A stretch of 63,564 nt of DNA, the filler included, from Salisapilia sapeloensis CBS 127946 (lineage: Eukaryota; Protista; Oomycota): the NCBI GenBank assembly GCA_023334545.1. It is 9 parts of 9 records of this genome, joined end to end, with 100 filler letters (N's around TTAATTAATTAA, not from the genome) between each part and the next. Parts side by side here need not be neighbours in the genome. Positions count along the whole stretch, not along the records: positions 1 to 20,835 come from JAADVB010000293.1; 8 more parts are not named here. One strand, given 5' to 3'. The translations under genes were made by a program, and so were the position numbers. Within the stretch, counting starts at the first letter, position 1. Every line of letters starts with the position of its first letter. The notes below the pieces were generated by a model. The model did not search any database and was not told where the DNA came from. It was given only the letters and a program-made list of their open reading frames with translations. This document shows, piece by piece, positions 1 to 10,741 of the stretch.

Positions 1-237
1 GCCGCCGCACGTCTTCGTTCCCACCTCTCCTCCGACTTGATGTCTTTCTAGAGCCTACGGATTCCTTTCGATGCACCTCATCCGAAGCGTCTCCTAGCCT
101 CTACTCTATGAACCAAACCAATATAACGAAGATGATGCGTTCTATTTCTGTCTTTCGTGCTATTAATATCCTTGCGACTCCTGATGCAAGTCCGTTTTCG
201 ACCTCACTTAGCTAGCTAAAGAGTGTATTCTTAGAAG

Positions 238-1719
238 ATGTCGCGTCCGTCATCATGGGCGAATGTCAAGTCGGCCAAGGCGACGGCAGCTGCGTTGTAC
301 TACCAAGTTTCCAATGTCGGCAAGACGATCGAGAGTTCCAAGAAGCGTGTCATTTGGCGTATCAAGGTCCAAGAAGGACGTGAGTTTGAGATCTCTCTCA
401 CGCATTCGCTAGCGTCTGGGAAGAAGGTATTGCGGGTGGATGGACTAGTCAAGTACGATGGACAAGCAGTAAGTAACCATCCAGATTTCCATTCATTTGA
501 TACTCATAGCATTGGACGTAGCTTTCGTTTGGTGACTGGGACTATGTCTTTAATCTTGCTGGTGGTCACGTCATCCACATTATCATCAAGCCATCCGTCG
601 AGCTTAATGATATGTATGGTAAGTAGCTCGCTAGCTCGGTGCATGTCTTTGGTACATCTTTATATCATCTGCGTGTTTGTTTGTAGATCTGATCGTCGAC
701 GGTATTTCTTTCCGTCGGTTACCAGAGAGTTTAAATCCGTCTTCATCTCAATCGAATGCAGCGAAGCTAACGGACTATCCTTTTCCGAAGAATTCGAGGC
801 CATCACATAAGAAGACATACCGGTCGAGCTATATTGAGGACGATGAGGAAGAGGGAGCTACTCCAAAGCAAGCTTCTTTCGTTCCGTGGGAGTGTCCTCG
901 CTGCACTCTAGTAAATGAAAAACCTCTTGCTCCTATTTGTGAGGCTTGCGGTATTGCGAAGCCTAGAGAAGCTGACTTGAAGACAGTCAAACCAGTCAAG
1001 GAACGAGTAGCTCCGTTGACTGTCAAGGAGGTAACGAAGCCGAAGGAGTCAAAGAAAGAAGAAGCGTTTGATCCGTTCGGACTAGAAACTGAAGCATTCC
1101 CTTCGAAGACAAGTCCAGAGAAGGAAGCTGCAAAGCCAAAGGAGGATTTCATGACCATGCTGGATGGACTCGACTTTAACGCTTCACCTGCACAGCCTAC
1201 ACAGAAAGAGATGTATTCAACAGCTCCCATGTCCATGCAGCAACCTCAGAGTCAAGAGATTCGTCCTCCAGTACGTTACTTTAAATAATTTACGTGAATA
1301 CGCAGTGATATGGTGTATAGATGGCGAATGGAGATATGTGGAGTTCTCCGATGGCGAACATGAACTTGAATTCTACCAAGATGCAACCACTGGCGACGAA
1401 CACTGCATTTAACAGGCCTTACCAGACGATGGGTCAAGCTCCAATGCAGACGATGAATACACCCCAGATGTCCATGATGTCACCTCCAGCTCCTGTCAAC
1501 CCAGGAATGCAATTCAATCCGGCGTACATGACTTCACCAGCGATGCAGCAGCCGTATTCAGGTCAAAGCATGCAGATGTATCCTCCGATGCCAGGTCCAC
1601 CGATGAATCAAACGCAATCCCAGTCGATGCAGCAGCTGAATCCATTTAATACGTCTACAACTGTGCCATCAAGTACGAGTCGTCCGAGAGAGAATGATCC
1701 ATTCGCGACACTTTCGTAG
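238..1719 (+). CDS. FAIM1-like domain + RanBP2/NZF zinc finger + DPF/NPF-bearing Met/Pro/Gln-rich tail (4 exons)
   Basis: GT-AG introns at 469-521, 619-686 and 1271-1320 join three ORF-track pieces in frame. The spliced N-terminus VIWRIKVQEGREFEISLTHSLASGKKVLRVDG...YDLIVDG resembles FAIM (W...H..SGK+.+.VDG). WECPRCTLVNEKPLAPICEACG is a C2-C2 RanBP2/NZF finger. FDPF, LNPF and NDPF motifs are present. Confidence 0.75.
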
Positions 1720-1782
1720 GTAGATGAAGCTAGAAAGAGGTAGATGCAATCGGACATTGAAATTCCTTTTAAACTTGTTTCG

Positions 1783-3486
1783 TTAATTCGGTCCACAGAG
1801 GCACATGACCTTTGTTGGTTCATACAGACAGAGTCGATTGACTGGATCATTCGAGCTCTTGTTACTCCCATCCGTTCGTTTGCCATTATGATAGCAGTTC
1901 GGACCTTTACAATAGCATCGGAACATGTTAAAGTGACAATCTGCATCGGACGTACAGCCATCCAAATGCTGATTCATCGGGTCATTATCTAAACCTTTGC
2001 CTTGTCGTATCTCGAACTCGAATTTCGCCAAGACTGGAAAATGGTCCGAAAGGTCTATCAACTCCATCTTCATATTCGATGCTGGAGCTGTCCAGTCCGA
2101 AAGAAAAGGAGATACTTTATTCTCAAAGCTTTGAAGAGATGGAGGAGAGACTGGTTGCTGATATGGTGGTTGCGCGTGGAGAACGTAATCTAACCATTCT
2201 AACGGACAGCAAGGGCAAAAGCATTGGCCGTCAGGACCTTCCACGACCAAGGCATCGATGTTGGTCGCATTGTGCTGACAAGGCACACGGGTTGACATGG
2301 ATGGATAGTACGTATTGTTCTGTCGTTTAGAAAGTGATTAGTAAGATAAATATGATGCTGTCGTGCTAGAGTACCTTTGGGGATCCCCAGCTCGAGACAT
2401 ACTCTTGGAAGCACTTGTTACTACTCGCAGCTCCGTCTCGACCGACTAGAAGATTCGTTCGTGGACTACGTTCGAGGTATACTACTTAGTTCTAGGCAAG
2501 AGACGATGTAAGATGTTTCCTACTCGCTCGTGAAGGCGACGTCTCCAGTGGGAACGGGTGAATGGGCCTTTAGGATATGGATGAGGTTGGCTACTTCCTC
2601 TGCGTACGTGTGGTTGTCGACGTTAAAGTCTCCAGCAAAGAGCAGTGGCTCATGGTGCGGAATGCCCATCTCATCCACAAACCGACGCATTTGAGTCGCC
2701 TGTTGGATACGATCTGCTCTACCCTGTGGCGTCGACCAGGCCTGATGGTATGGATGCAGTTAGCATTCTTTTTTTCGTTTTATATGTAGTACTAGTCTAC
2801 CTGCATGTGAGTAGCAAAGACGTTAAAGACTTTGGATACTCCGTGCTCGGTCTTTACGACTCGTGCGTACTTGACACCTTTGGCAGCTAAGCAGTCCGAG
2901 TAATGGCATGCATTGCGATATACATGCTGTGCCTCTTTTACTATGGGCCATTTTGATACGATTATAACACCTCCGTTTAATAGACTACGTGTAGCATCTC
3001 ATTTATGATGTAGAAGGATAAGTAGGTCGAGTATCAGTGATACCTTGTAAAGGGATCTGGATCATTTAGTATGGAGGTAGAGTAGCCAAAGCCTTGCTTC
3101 TTGAACTGCTTGAGCATATCTTGTCTTTGATCAGCGAGATCTGCTTCGGCAAACGTGACGACATCAATGTCTTTAGATATCTGTCGAAGTGCTTCCGGCA
3201 CGCGCGTTAAGCGTTCTTCCTGAGCATCCTTAGAGACCTGATATGGCCTGCCGAACAAGTTGTACTAGATGGCTGTTAGGATAGGTGGAAGGAGGAAGGA
3301 CAAATGCAACTGAGAGACAACCTGGAGGACTTGAAAGGACATGGTGTGCACGATAGTCCGTGCATAGATATAGTACGAGATGGACGTAATGAGGAAGGCA
3401 CATGCAAGAGCTATGAACAATGCTATCCATCTCGAACGGCGTTGTTCCTGCCGGAAGCGGGAGGAAGGGAGCAGCGCGTCTTTCAT
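1783..3486 (-). CDS. Sphingomyelinase C-like endonuclease/exonuclease/phosphatase, N-terminal TM anchor, Cys-rich C-terminal domain (multi-exon)
   Basis: Spliced translation gives TFAEAD, LLNGGVIIVSKWPI, ACHYSDCLAAKGVKYARV, NVFATHMQAW, FAGDFNVD, EWLDYVL and LSDHFPVLAKF. This is the full EEP motif set in the style of bacterial SMase C. The hydrophobic WIALFIALACAFLITSISYYIY lies near the N-terminus. Confidence 0.85.
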
Positions 3487-4205
3487 CGTGAGTATGAAGC
3501 GTGCAGCTCGGCTTATTTTTGTCAGGAACAGGTGGAGGCGAAAGGAATGAATTTGACTTGAAGATCGACGAGTAGCTCACCTGACAAACGGATCCAATCT
3601 GATGAAAATCTTTATTGGTACATTTATCTTGTGATTGTTAGGCGAGGAAGTGTAGTATGGCTAGTACATGTTCATGCTCGTAGGTAAGTATGTTGTGGAT
3701 GTATAGATTATTAAAGCGATCGGTTGAGTCCGTCGATTGATATGAAATGACACATGTTCAAGTTTATGAGGTGCTGCTATCCTTGCGGTCTCCAAGTCAA
3801 TGACAAATTCAAGGCTAAGACCTCTTAATACGTGCCTAGTAGTTTCATCTAACTTGTCAAAATGTAAGAATGCAAACTCGTTTTCGTTCATCTTGTGAGT
3901 TTCCAGGCTACTGTTGTTCTACATCATTCACGTAGCACGATGAACTGATACTCTTAAAAGCTAATGGCTTATAAAAGATTGAAAATGAAAAAGTGGCGGC
4001 GAAGTATATTGCTTCAATTTCAGCTGTGATAAGTGCAAATGAGTAGTCTTGATGACCACAACTACCGCTATCGCAAAGGCATTTATAACGATATCTATTA
4101 AAAAGATATACTAAGACTTGAGCTATGTGACGGCTTGGTCGTGCTTTCTGTTAGCAAAGCTACATGCTCTTTGCTATTCTTAAGCAGTGGCAGGCTCGCT
4201 TAACT

Positions 4206-5375
4206 TTATTCAAAGTCATCTAGGACAAAGTTATTGTCGAACCTGGGAAGCTCTGACTCGCTTCTTCCACTCTTTCCCGGGGCCTTCGAAGCAGAGCTTG
4301 TTCTGTCGTTGCCATGCTTATAAGATGCACTTGATTTGGTAGCTTTGCTCTCTGACACGTACGAGTCAGCTTCCTTGTCTTCACGCGGAGTGATCTGCTC
4401 TGGCTTATCACGACGTCTTGGAGATCTTTCGTCGTCTTCATCAGAGCTCGCGTCATCATCACCAAGATCGAAAGTATTTCCACTTGCCGTTGGAGCAGAT
4501 GATTTGATCATAGCTACTAGTGACGATTTTTTCGAAGTTGGGTAGTTCGCTTGCTCCATTTCATCAGAAAATTCGTCACTACTATCTTTCTCCGATTCCG
4601 AACGTGCTTCATGTCGACGGTTTTCTTTAGACCTGTCTTGCTGTCTAGAAACGCTGTGCTTTGCGTCGTCCATCTGGCTGTAAACATCTTTCGACTTATC
4701 CTGATGGTTATAGCTTTCGTCATCGCTACTGCTCTGGTCGCTTGATGATTCCAAATGATGCCTGGCCGGTGCCTCTTTACTTTCATCACGCGTAGAATCT
4801 CTGCTTCTTGACAATCTTGCTGAATCCTCAGGCACTGCTTTATCTTCCCTCGCATGAGGTGCACTATGATCTGCTTTCGATTTGGACTGCTTATTGCTCG
4901 ACATCGCCCTGGACTCGCTACATAGTTTGTACAAACTGTCCGCCCATAGTCGATGCTCGGCATTCGTCTCTCCACGGAAACGGAAGGTTCGAGATGTCGA
5001 CACGAGCTCAATTAGGTCCTACATACGATTGACTCATAATATGATCACGTGGTTTATTAATCTGTGGCACTTACGTGGCGACAAGAGACATCGACCACAT
5101 CGTCCAGATAGATCCATCCGCTAGGTTCCTTTGCTGCCCTATAATTAAAAGTGCCACTCCATTCAGTATCGTTTGACCTTTATGCGGTTATGAATGAAGT
5201 ACTTGGATGAGAAATAGGTAAGGACAAGCTTTTGTTCCATATGAGATGGCTCCATGCTCACACGGAACCATCGCCGGGCCGAACCTTTATTAAACGCACT
5301 CGGATGGTTATGGAGTTTGATCAGCCATCCTTCCAATTTCGAGATATCTACTCCGTGTGCTAGTAGAGGGGCCAT
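4206..5375 (-). CDS. PH-domain protein with long charged low-complexity C-terminus (3 exons)
   Basis: Spliced LEGWLIKL...ARRWFRV...LTYFSSKAAKEPSGWIYLDDV...DLIELVSTSRTFRFRGETNAEHRLWADSL fits the PH fold. The tail is S/D/E/K-rich. Confidence 0.8.
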
Positions 5376-5449
5376 CGCCAGAAGGCAAACTAACAAGTGA
5401 AGGATGAAACGAACAACATTGACAATATCTTTTTATATCTTCCACTGTT

Positions 5450-6277
5450 TCAATTCGAAGGAGGTTTAAGGGAGAACGTAGTACGATTGCCAACGGCCGA
5501 TAGCATGTGCGTTTCATCAATGTACCAGATCTCTTGGATATGAACTGCACTTGCAAGCGATTTTAATTCTTTGGTAATTTGGTCACATGCTTCATGAACA
5601 AGACGAAGCGTATCCATCGGTACGTCTGGATCAATGATGCGTGCGAGCGTTGTGTGAATGATCGTTTTCGTGCCGTTTTGTGGTCCGTATGGAAATGTAG
5701 CCTTGGCTAATCGACGGACGTGGTCGACAGAGCAATCCGTACTCCAGTCCAATTCGTTTCGATCTTCCTTTCGTACTCCTTCATACTGAAGAGTAATTGC
5801 GCCAGAGTCAGCTAAAGCAACTTGGAATGGAGTGACGTCAAAGGATGGAATGGTAGCGAACAGTTTACGGAGTGTGTCAATTTCTTGAGGCTGATGCTGC
5901 CTGGCATTTGTGATCAAGCACCCGGGAGCAGACGTATGGAACAATGTGATGTGCATCGATTCCTCTTCATTGACGTACACGAGCGGCGGACCATCACCTT
6001 GTGCTTGCAATAAGGGTGCAGCTACAAATTCAGCTATGTCTCTGCATTTCTTTTGGAAAGAAGGAGGTAAATGAATAGCAATGAGATTGATGGCATCATC
6101 CGCATGCTTGAAATTCATCGGACGGAGCGCGAGAGTGTTGTCGTTACCGATGACGAGGCCGTCCCTCGCACTTAGGACTGCATCACGGCGTAGCCCCTTT
6201 CGACCACAACTACGCAAGTGTTCGTATAGTTCTTTTCGTTGCTGCCTCCATTCCTCCTCCTCGGCTTGGAAGCTCAT
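5450..6277 (-). CDS. 2H phosphoesterase superfamily protein
   Basis: Two HxT motifs (MHITLFH and IIHTTLARI) about 100 aa apart. First ATG at 6277; ORF intact. Confidence 0.65.
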   Translation of the reverse strand: MSFQAEEEEWRQQRKELYEHLRSCGRKGLRRDAVLSARDGLVIGNDNTLALRPMNFKHADDAINLIAIHLPPSFQKKCRDIAEFVAAPLLQAQGDGPPLVYVNEEESMHITLFHTSAPGCLITNARQHQPQEIDTLRKLFATIPSFDVTPFQVALADSGAITLQYEGVRKEDRNELDWSTDCSVDHVRRLAKATFPYGPQNGTKTIIHTTLARIIDPDVPMDTLRLVHEACDQITKELKSLASAVHIQEIWYIDETHMLSAVGNRTTFSLKPPSN

Positions 6278-6736
6278 GAGTTTCGATCTCTGTCGTATGG
6301 TAAAAGCTATACAGTGCCATCCATCTTGAAGTTTACTGAAAGACAAACAGAGTCTACTTGGATATGAAACTACTTTAAGAGGCCACAGTTTATGATATCC
6401 AGTACTTGTATGCTTTTAAGCAGACGAAAGCACGTTTATTATACCGCTCTTCATATCGTGTCTCTAGTTTACCTCAAAGTGTCACTCACGGACGAGACTT
6501 CCACGCCATTTACGCTTGTTCCTTGAAAAAGGTGTATGAACGCTCGGTCCACCACCTGATTTCAAGCCGCAGAACCATAAGAAACTATTCTTGCGCTTCG
6601 ATATTAGCCGTCTCAATGTTATAACTGTGATGAGTACTAAAGTAGCAAACGAAGAGAAAGCGCTATCGGCATTGAAAATGCCTGATGTATTGGGGAAGTA
6701 CATTACACTCCAACCTCTTTGCAAACATTAAACTCG

Positions 6737-7771
6737 TCACTTTCCTTCTGCGGCTTGGCGAGCACGCTCTTGAGCACGCTCATAAATTGAATTTCGTCCT
6801 CCAAGCCTCTCATTTTTCTTTTCTTCCGCGGTTTTGCTATAAGTTCGTTCTATAGCCTTTTGAATCATTTCATATTTAGGTGCAAGTGCAACATGAATTA
6901 CTGGAGCGTCACTGCTGCATATACCCGTCCCCATGACGTGCACTGCTACAACTTTACCATTTACGACAACTGGTCCACCAGAGTCGCCCGAGCAAGGCTT
7001 GCTTGGGGTTGGTCTACTGCAGATAGTTCTATCTGACAAGACAGGAGTCCTGCCAGTACCAGCCGACATAGATGGCAAAGCATTCTGCAACGCGGTCCTG
7101 CAATATTCGAGACTTGTTGTGGTCATCTTTCCAACTCGAAGGGGGAGTGGTAGGTGATCATTATCAGTCGCTAGGCCATAGCCGTAGACTGTTGCTTCCG
7201 TCATTGGCGGTACTTCGATATTGTCTCGAGGACGGACTAAGTCAGGCACTTCAACACCTGGCACTGCTTCGTTTAGCACTAGAAGAGCGAAATCCTGATC
7301 AACATCTGCTTTAAAATCAGCGTACTTATTGTAGTGCACTTCTTCCACTACATAATATACCATGTCATGTCTATCACCATTCGACATCACCGCGTTCGCC
7401 CTTACCCTTATATACCGTGCGATTGGATATTCGGGCTGGTGACTAGGATGTATCAAGACGCAATGGGCGGCAGTCGCTACGTGTCTGGGGTCGACGAAGA
7501 AGCCACTGCATATCCCAAGGTCTACATCTGGTGCATCGCTATGAATGAGAGCGATGTACGGAACTCTTTCGACAGAATGGAGCTTTTCACCCCAACGCAC
7601 TCGATTTTCGTCGTTTGCTGTCATATTCTTTGTCGCATTAACTACTGGTGATCCAGCACTTGCGTGACCAGCAAAGACAAAACCGTCCATTTCATCAAAT
7701 TTGATTGCTGTGATAGTGCTTAGCACCAAGACCATCGTGTATATCCATAACTCCGAGGTTACCAAAGTCAT
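6737..7771 (-). CDS. Secreted chymotrypsin-fold (S1) serine protease with intact triad
   Basis: Hydrophobic N-terminus; TAAHC (His57), DQDFALL (Asp102) and CSGDSGGP (Ser195). Confidence 0.9.
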   Translation of the reverse strand: MTLVTSELWIYTMVLVLSTITAIKFDEMDGFVFAGHASAGSPVVNATKNMTANDENRVRWGEKLHSVERVPYIALIHSDAPDVDLGICSGFFVDPRHVATAAHCVLIHPSHQPEYPIARYIRVRANAVMSNGDRHDMVYYVVEEVHYNKYADFKADVDQDFALLVLNEAVPGVEVPDLVRPRDNIEVPPMTEATVYGYGLATDNDHLPLPLRVGKMTTTSLEYCRTALQNALPSMSAGTGRTPVLSDRTICSRPTPSKPCSGDSGGPVVVNGKVVAVHVMGTGICSSDAPVIHVALAPKYEMIQKAIERTYSKTAEEKKNERLGGRNSIYERAQERARQAAEGK

Positions 7772-8792
7772 TGCAGATCGATGAAGTTGACTAGTGCGTG
7801 CTCAAGGTAGAGTAGTATAATGAAAAGCAGTTTGCCGTGTGGATTTACTAGGAGAAATATCCCCGACTTGCGCAAGATACCACAATTGATCAACTTTTTG
7901 GAAACACCCTCGTGCTATTGCCCGTGCATGATCATGACTTTATACTAACAATGTGTTATTATATGAAAAGATAAATAAGCTGCAAAAATCATATGTCAAT
8001 TAAGTACTTCTGGCGCCATCTACTTGCTGTACAGCTCGTAAAACTGGATTGTCATTGATTTACTCAGAAGTCCACTCTAGGGTGCTCCATACAGTATGCA
8101 TTTACGCATGAGCAAACGAGGTAGAGGAATAACATATAACTACATAGGAGGGAAATCGATCGGAGAATTGTAGTCAATAGTACTGTTCATTGCAACGCTC
8201 TAGAACTAAGTTTTATCGTCATATCGAATCCATCGTACTGTATAAAAAGAATGTCCACGTGCGAAAGACCAAGGCATCCACTGAATCGAATGTTTCGGTG
8301 AGTTATGCACGCGTGGTGTTCTAGCAAGGGTAAAAAATTGAACGCGGCCACTGATTCCGTAGAATTAGACCACGCACAGAGTGTATCTTGCAAAAATACA
8401 TGTAAAAATGTCGGAAGATGATCCAAACAGCGGCGTAGGAGCTAGCCAGACTGCCATCTTCAAACGTGAACAGCGCTCCCATTATCCTATCTGCGACATA
8501 CTATGCCCATTCACACACTTGATATGGTGCAAGCGGGCTGTTGGATGCGCAACATCAATCGGGTCTACTTGGCTACTTTGTCGCGATTTACTTTATGACA
8601 CATCCACACTCATGCCGTATCAAACGACTGGATGAGCAGCTTCCTTGCAAAAGTAGCCATACACATACAAACACCAGTCAATAAATGCAGCTCTTCGTTC
8701 CTTCGTATGGCTATTTTTAGAATTAGCCCAATCTACCCTCGAAACTTCGAAGCGACCATTTATGTCTACTGTACTCGTCCGAGAGCGCCGCA

Positions 8793-10463
8793 ATGACCGA
8801 CGCCAAGCACGACTCCCCATCTTCTTCCTCTTCCTCTAGTGACGCTCCGTCGCTTCACAATTCCCTGCGTCTCAGTCTAGAGGAATTGCATGATGACGCA
8901 CACATGCACCTCGTACCACCTTCTTCCGCTGACCGGTCACTTCTGAAGTCCTGGCGTAACCTTCCATCCCCAACGAGTCCGCATGACGGACATGCCCATC
9001 ACTCATGGTTTGGAGCTCTCCAGCACTCGTTCAGCATGGAACCACAAGACGTACCAGAGGGCTCCCCGTCTCAACCCAAGCACCACACGCGGACGATCAA
9101 CCACATTACGCTTGGCTTCATCGCGTACTTTGCAGTCGCTGCCGGTCCGTTTGGGATCGAGTCAGCTGTCCAGGCAGCGGGGGCGTTGCCAGTTCTCATT
9201 GCTATCTTTCTGCTTCCATTTACATGGGGTCTCCCACAAGCACTTATGGTATACTACATATTTATTCTGTTTTGGTTATTAAATTAATAAATATGCTACT
9301 AGACGGCCGAGTTGAGCTCGATGATCGATGAGAATGGTGGTTATATCTTGTGGGTACGACGTGGACTGGGTGAATTCCCTGGATGGGTCAACGCTTTCAA
9401 CTGCATCGCGAGCAACATTTGCGACTTACCGACGTACCCAGTGCTCTTCTGCAGCTACATTGAAGCCTTTGCCAAGTCTGGACTAGGCCATCCGTTCACG
9501 CACTTGGAGCGGTGGATGGTGAAAGGTGTAGCGTTGCTCTTTGTCTTCATCTCGAACGCCTTTGGCATGCGAGCCGTCGCCTTGTCTTCCATGGCCATGT
9601 CGATCTTTATCCTCGCTCCTTTCATCCTTGAACCTCTTGCTATTGATACGTTTAACTTATCGACTTGGGGGAGTGTTGCCCCAAGTATCGACTGGTCGCT
9701 CTTCCTCTCGACGATCCTATGGAACTACCAAGGATGGGATTCCCTCGGCTGCATCGCAGGAGAAGTCAAGGACGGAGGCAAGACGTATCCGCTGGCGATC
9801 CTACTGGCGATGGTACTTATTACAGTCAACTACGCTTTTCCAGTCGCTACAGGTATCATGATCGAGTCGGACTATTCCCAATGGGACGATGGATCGCTGG
9901 AAGTAGTAGCGATGAAGCTCGGCAAGTGGTTTGGCGTCTGGGTCGGTGCTGGTGCTGTCGTGGCTACTTTGGGCGAGTTTAACGTCGTCATGGCATGTTC
10001 CAGTCGAGCGCTGTGGGCGACGGCGGACTATGGCATGCTGCCCAAGTGGCTCGCGTACGAATGGCCTCGCTTCGGCACACCTATCGCTGCCGTCGCACTC
10101 CAGACGCTCACGACTGCTTGCCTCATGAGTTTTTCCTTTGGTGATCTCGTGATCGTCGACACCTTTTTCAATAACTTGACACTACTCCTCGAGTTCTTTG
10201 CCTTCTTACGGCTCAAGTACGTCGAAGAGTTTACAGGTCGGCCGTTCGAAGTGCCCTTCGGGAAGGTTGGTGCATGGGCAATTACGATTCCAAAGATACT
10301 TGTATTAGCCGGTGTACTATTGGCGCAATCGGCGCGTGTGTGGTCCATCTGCACTGGATTCAACGTCTTCGTAGCACTTGCGTACGTCGTATGGAAGCGT
10401 TTCCAGCACCACTTGTCGCCACGACCTCCACACTCGCTTTACGGTAGCATCAAAATGTCTTGA
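8793..10463 (+). CDS. APC-family amino acid/polyamine transporter (plant PUT/RMV1-like)
   Basis: One intron at 9249-9302 gives AGPFGIE...PQALMTAELSSMIDENGGYILWV and WNYQGWDSLG, with about 12 hydrophobic segments. Confidence 0.9.
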
Positions 10464-10741
10464 AATACCTTTATAAAGCCAATACAAGCAACTATTTCTC
10501 TTTTCTAGCTTGTGTCTACATGGTCCGTCCAGACGAGTCGGTGGGAACGCAAGACATGCATAAAGCGGACGGCGGTACTCGCGAAGCAAATCAAGATCGG
10601 ATCCAAGATGACGCTCTATTTTGATCCAATCATATTGCTCTCTAAGGAATATAAACCAATCGTTCATCCGTGACGCGCCTCTCTTCGATCACGTATTCCG
10701 GTCCTAGACCACAATCCGATTTTTGACAAGCATCCCAAGTC

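Noticed and set aside
6482-6724. 80-aa ORF downstream of the protease
   Set aside because: No motif or coding signal; likely UTR or intergenic sequence.
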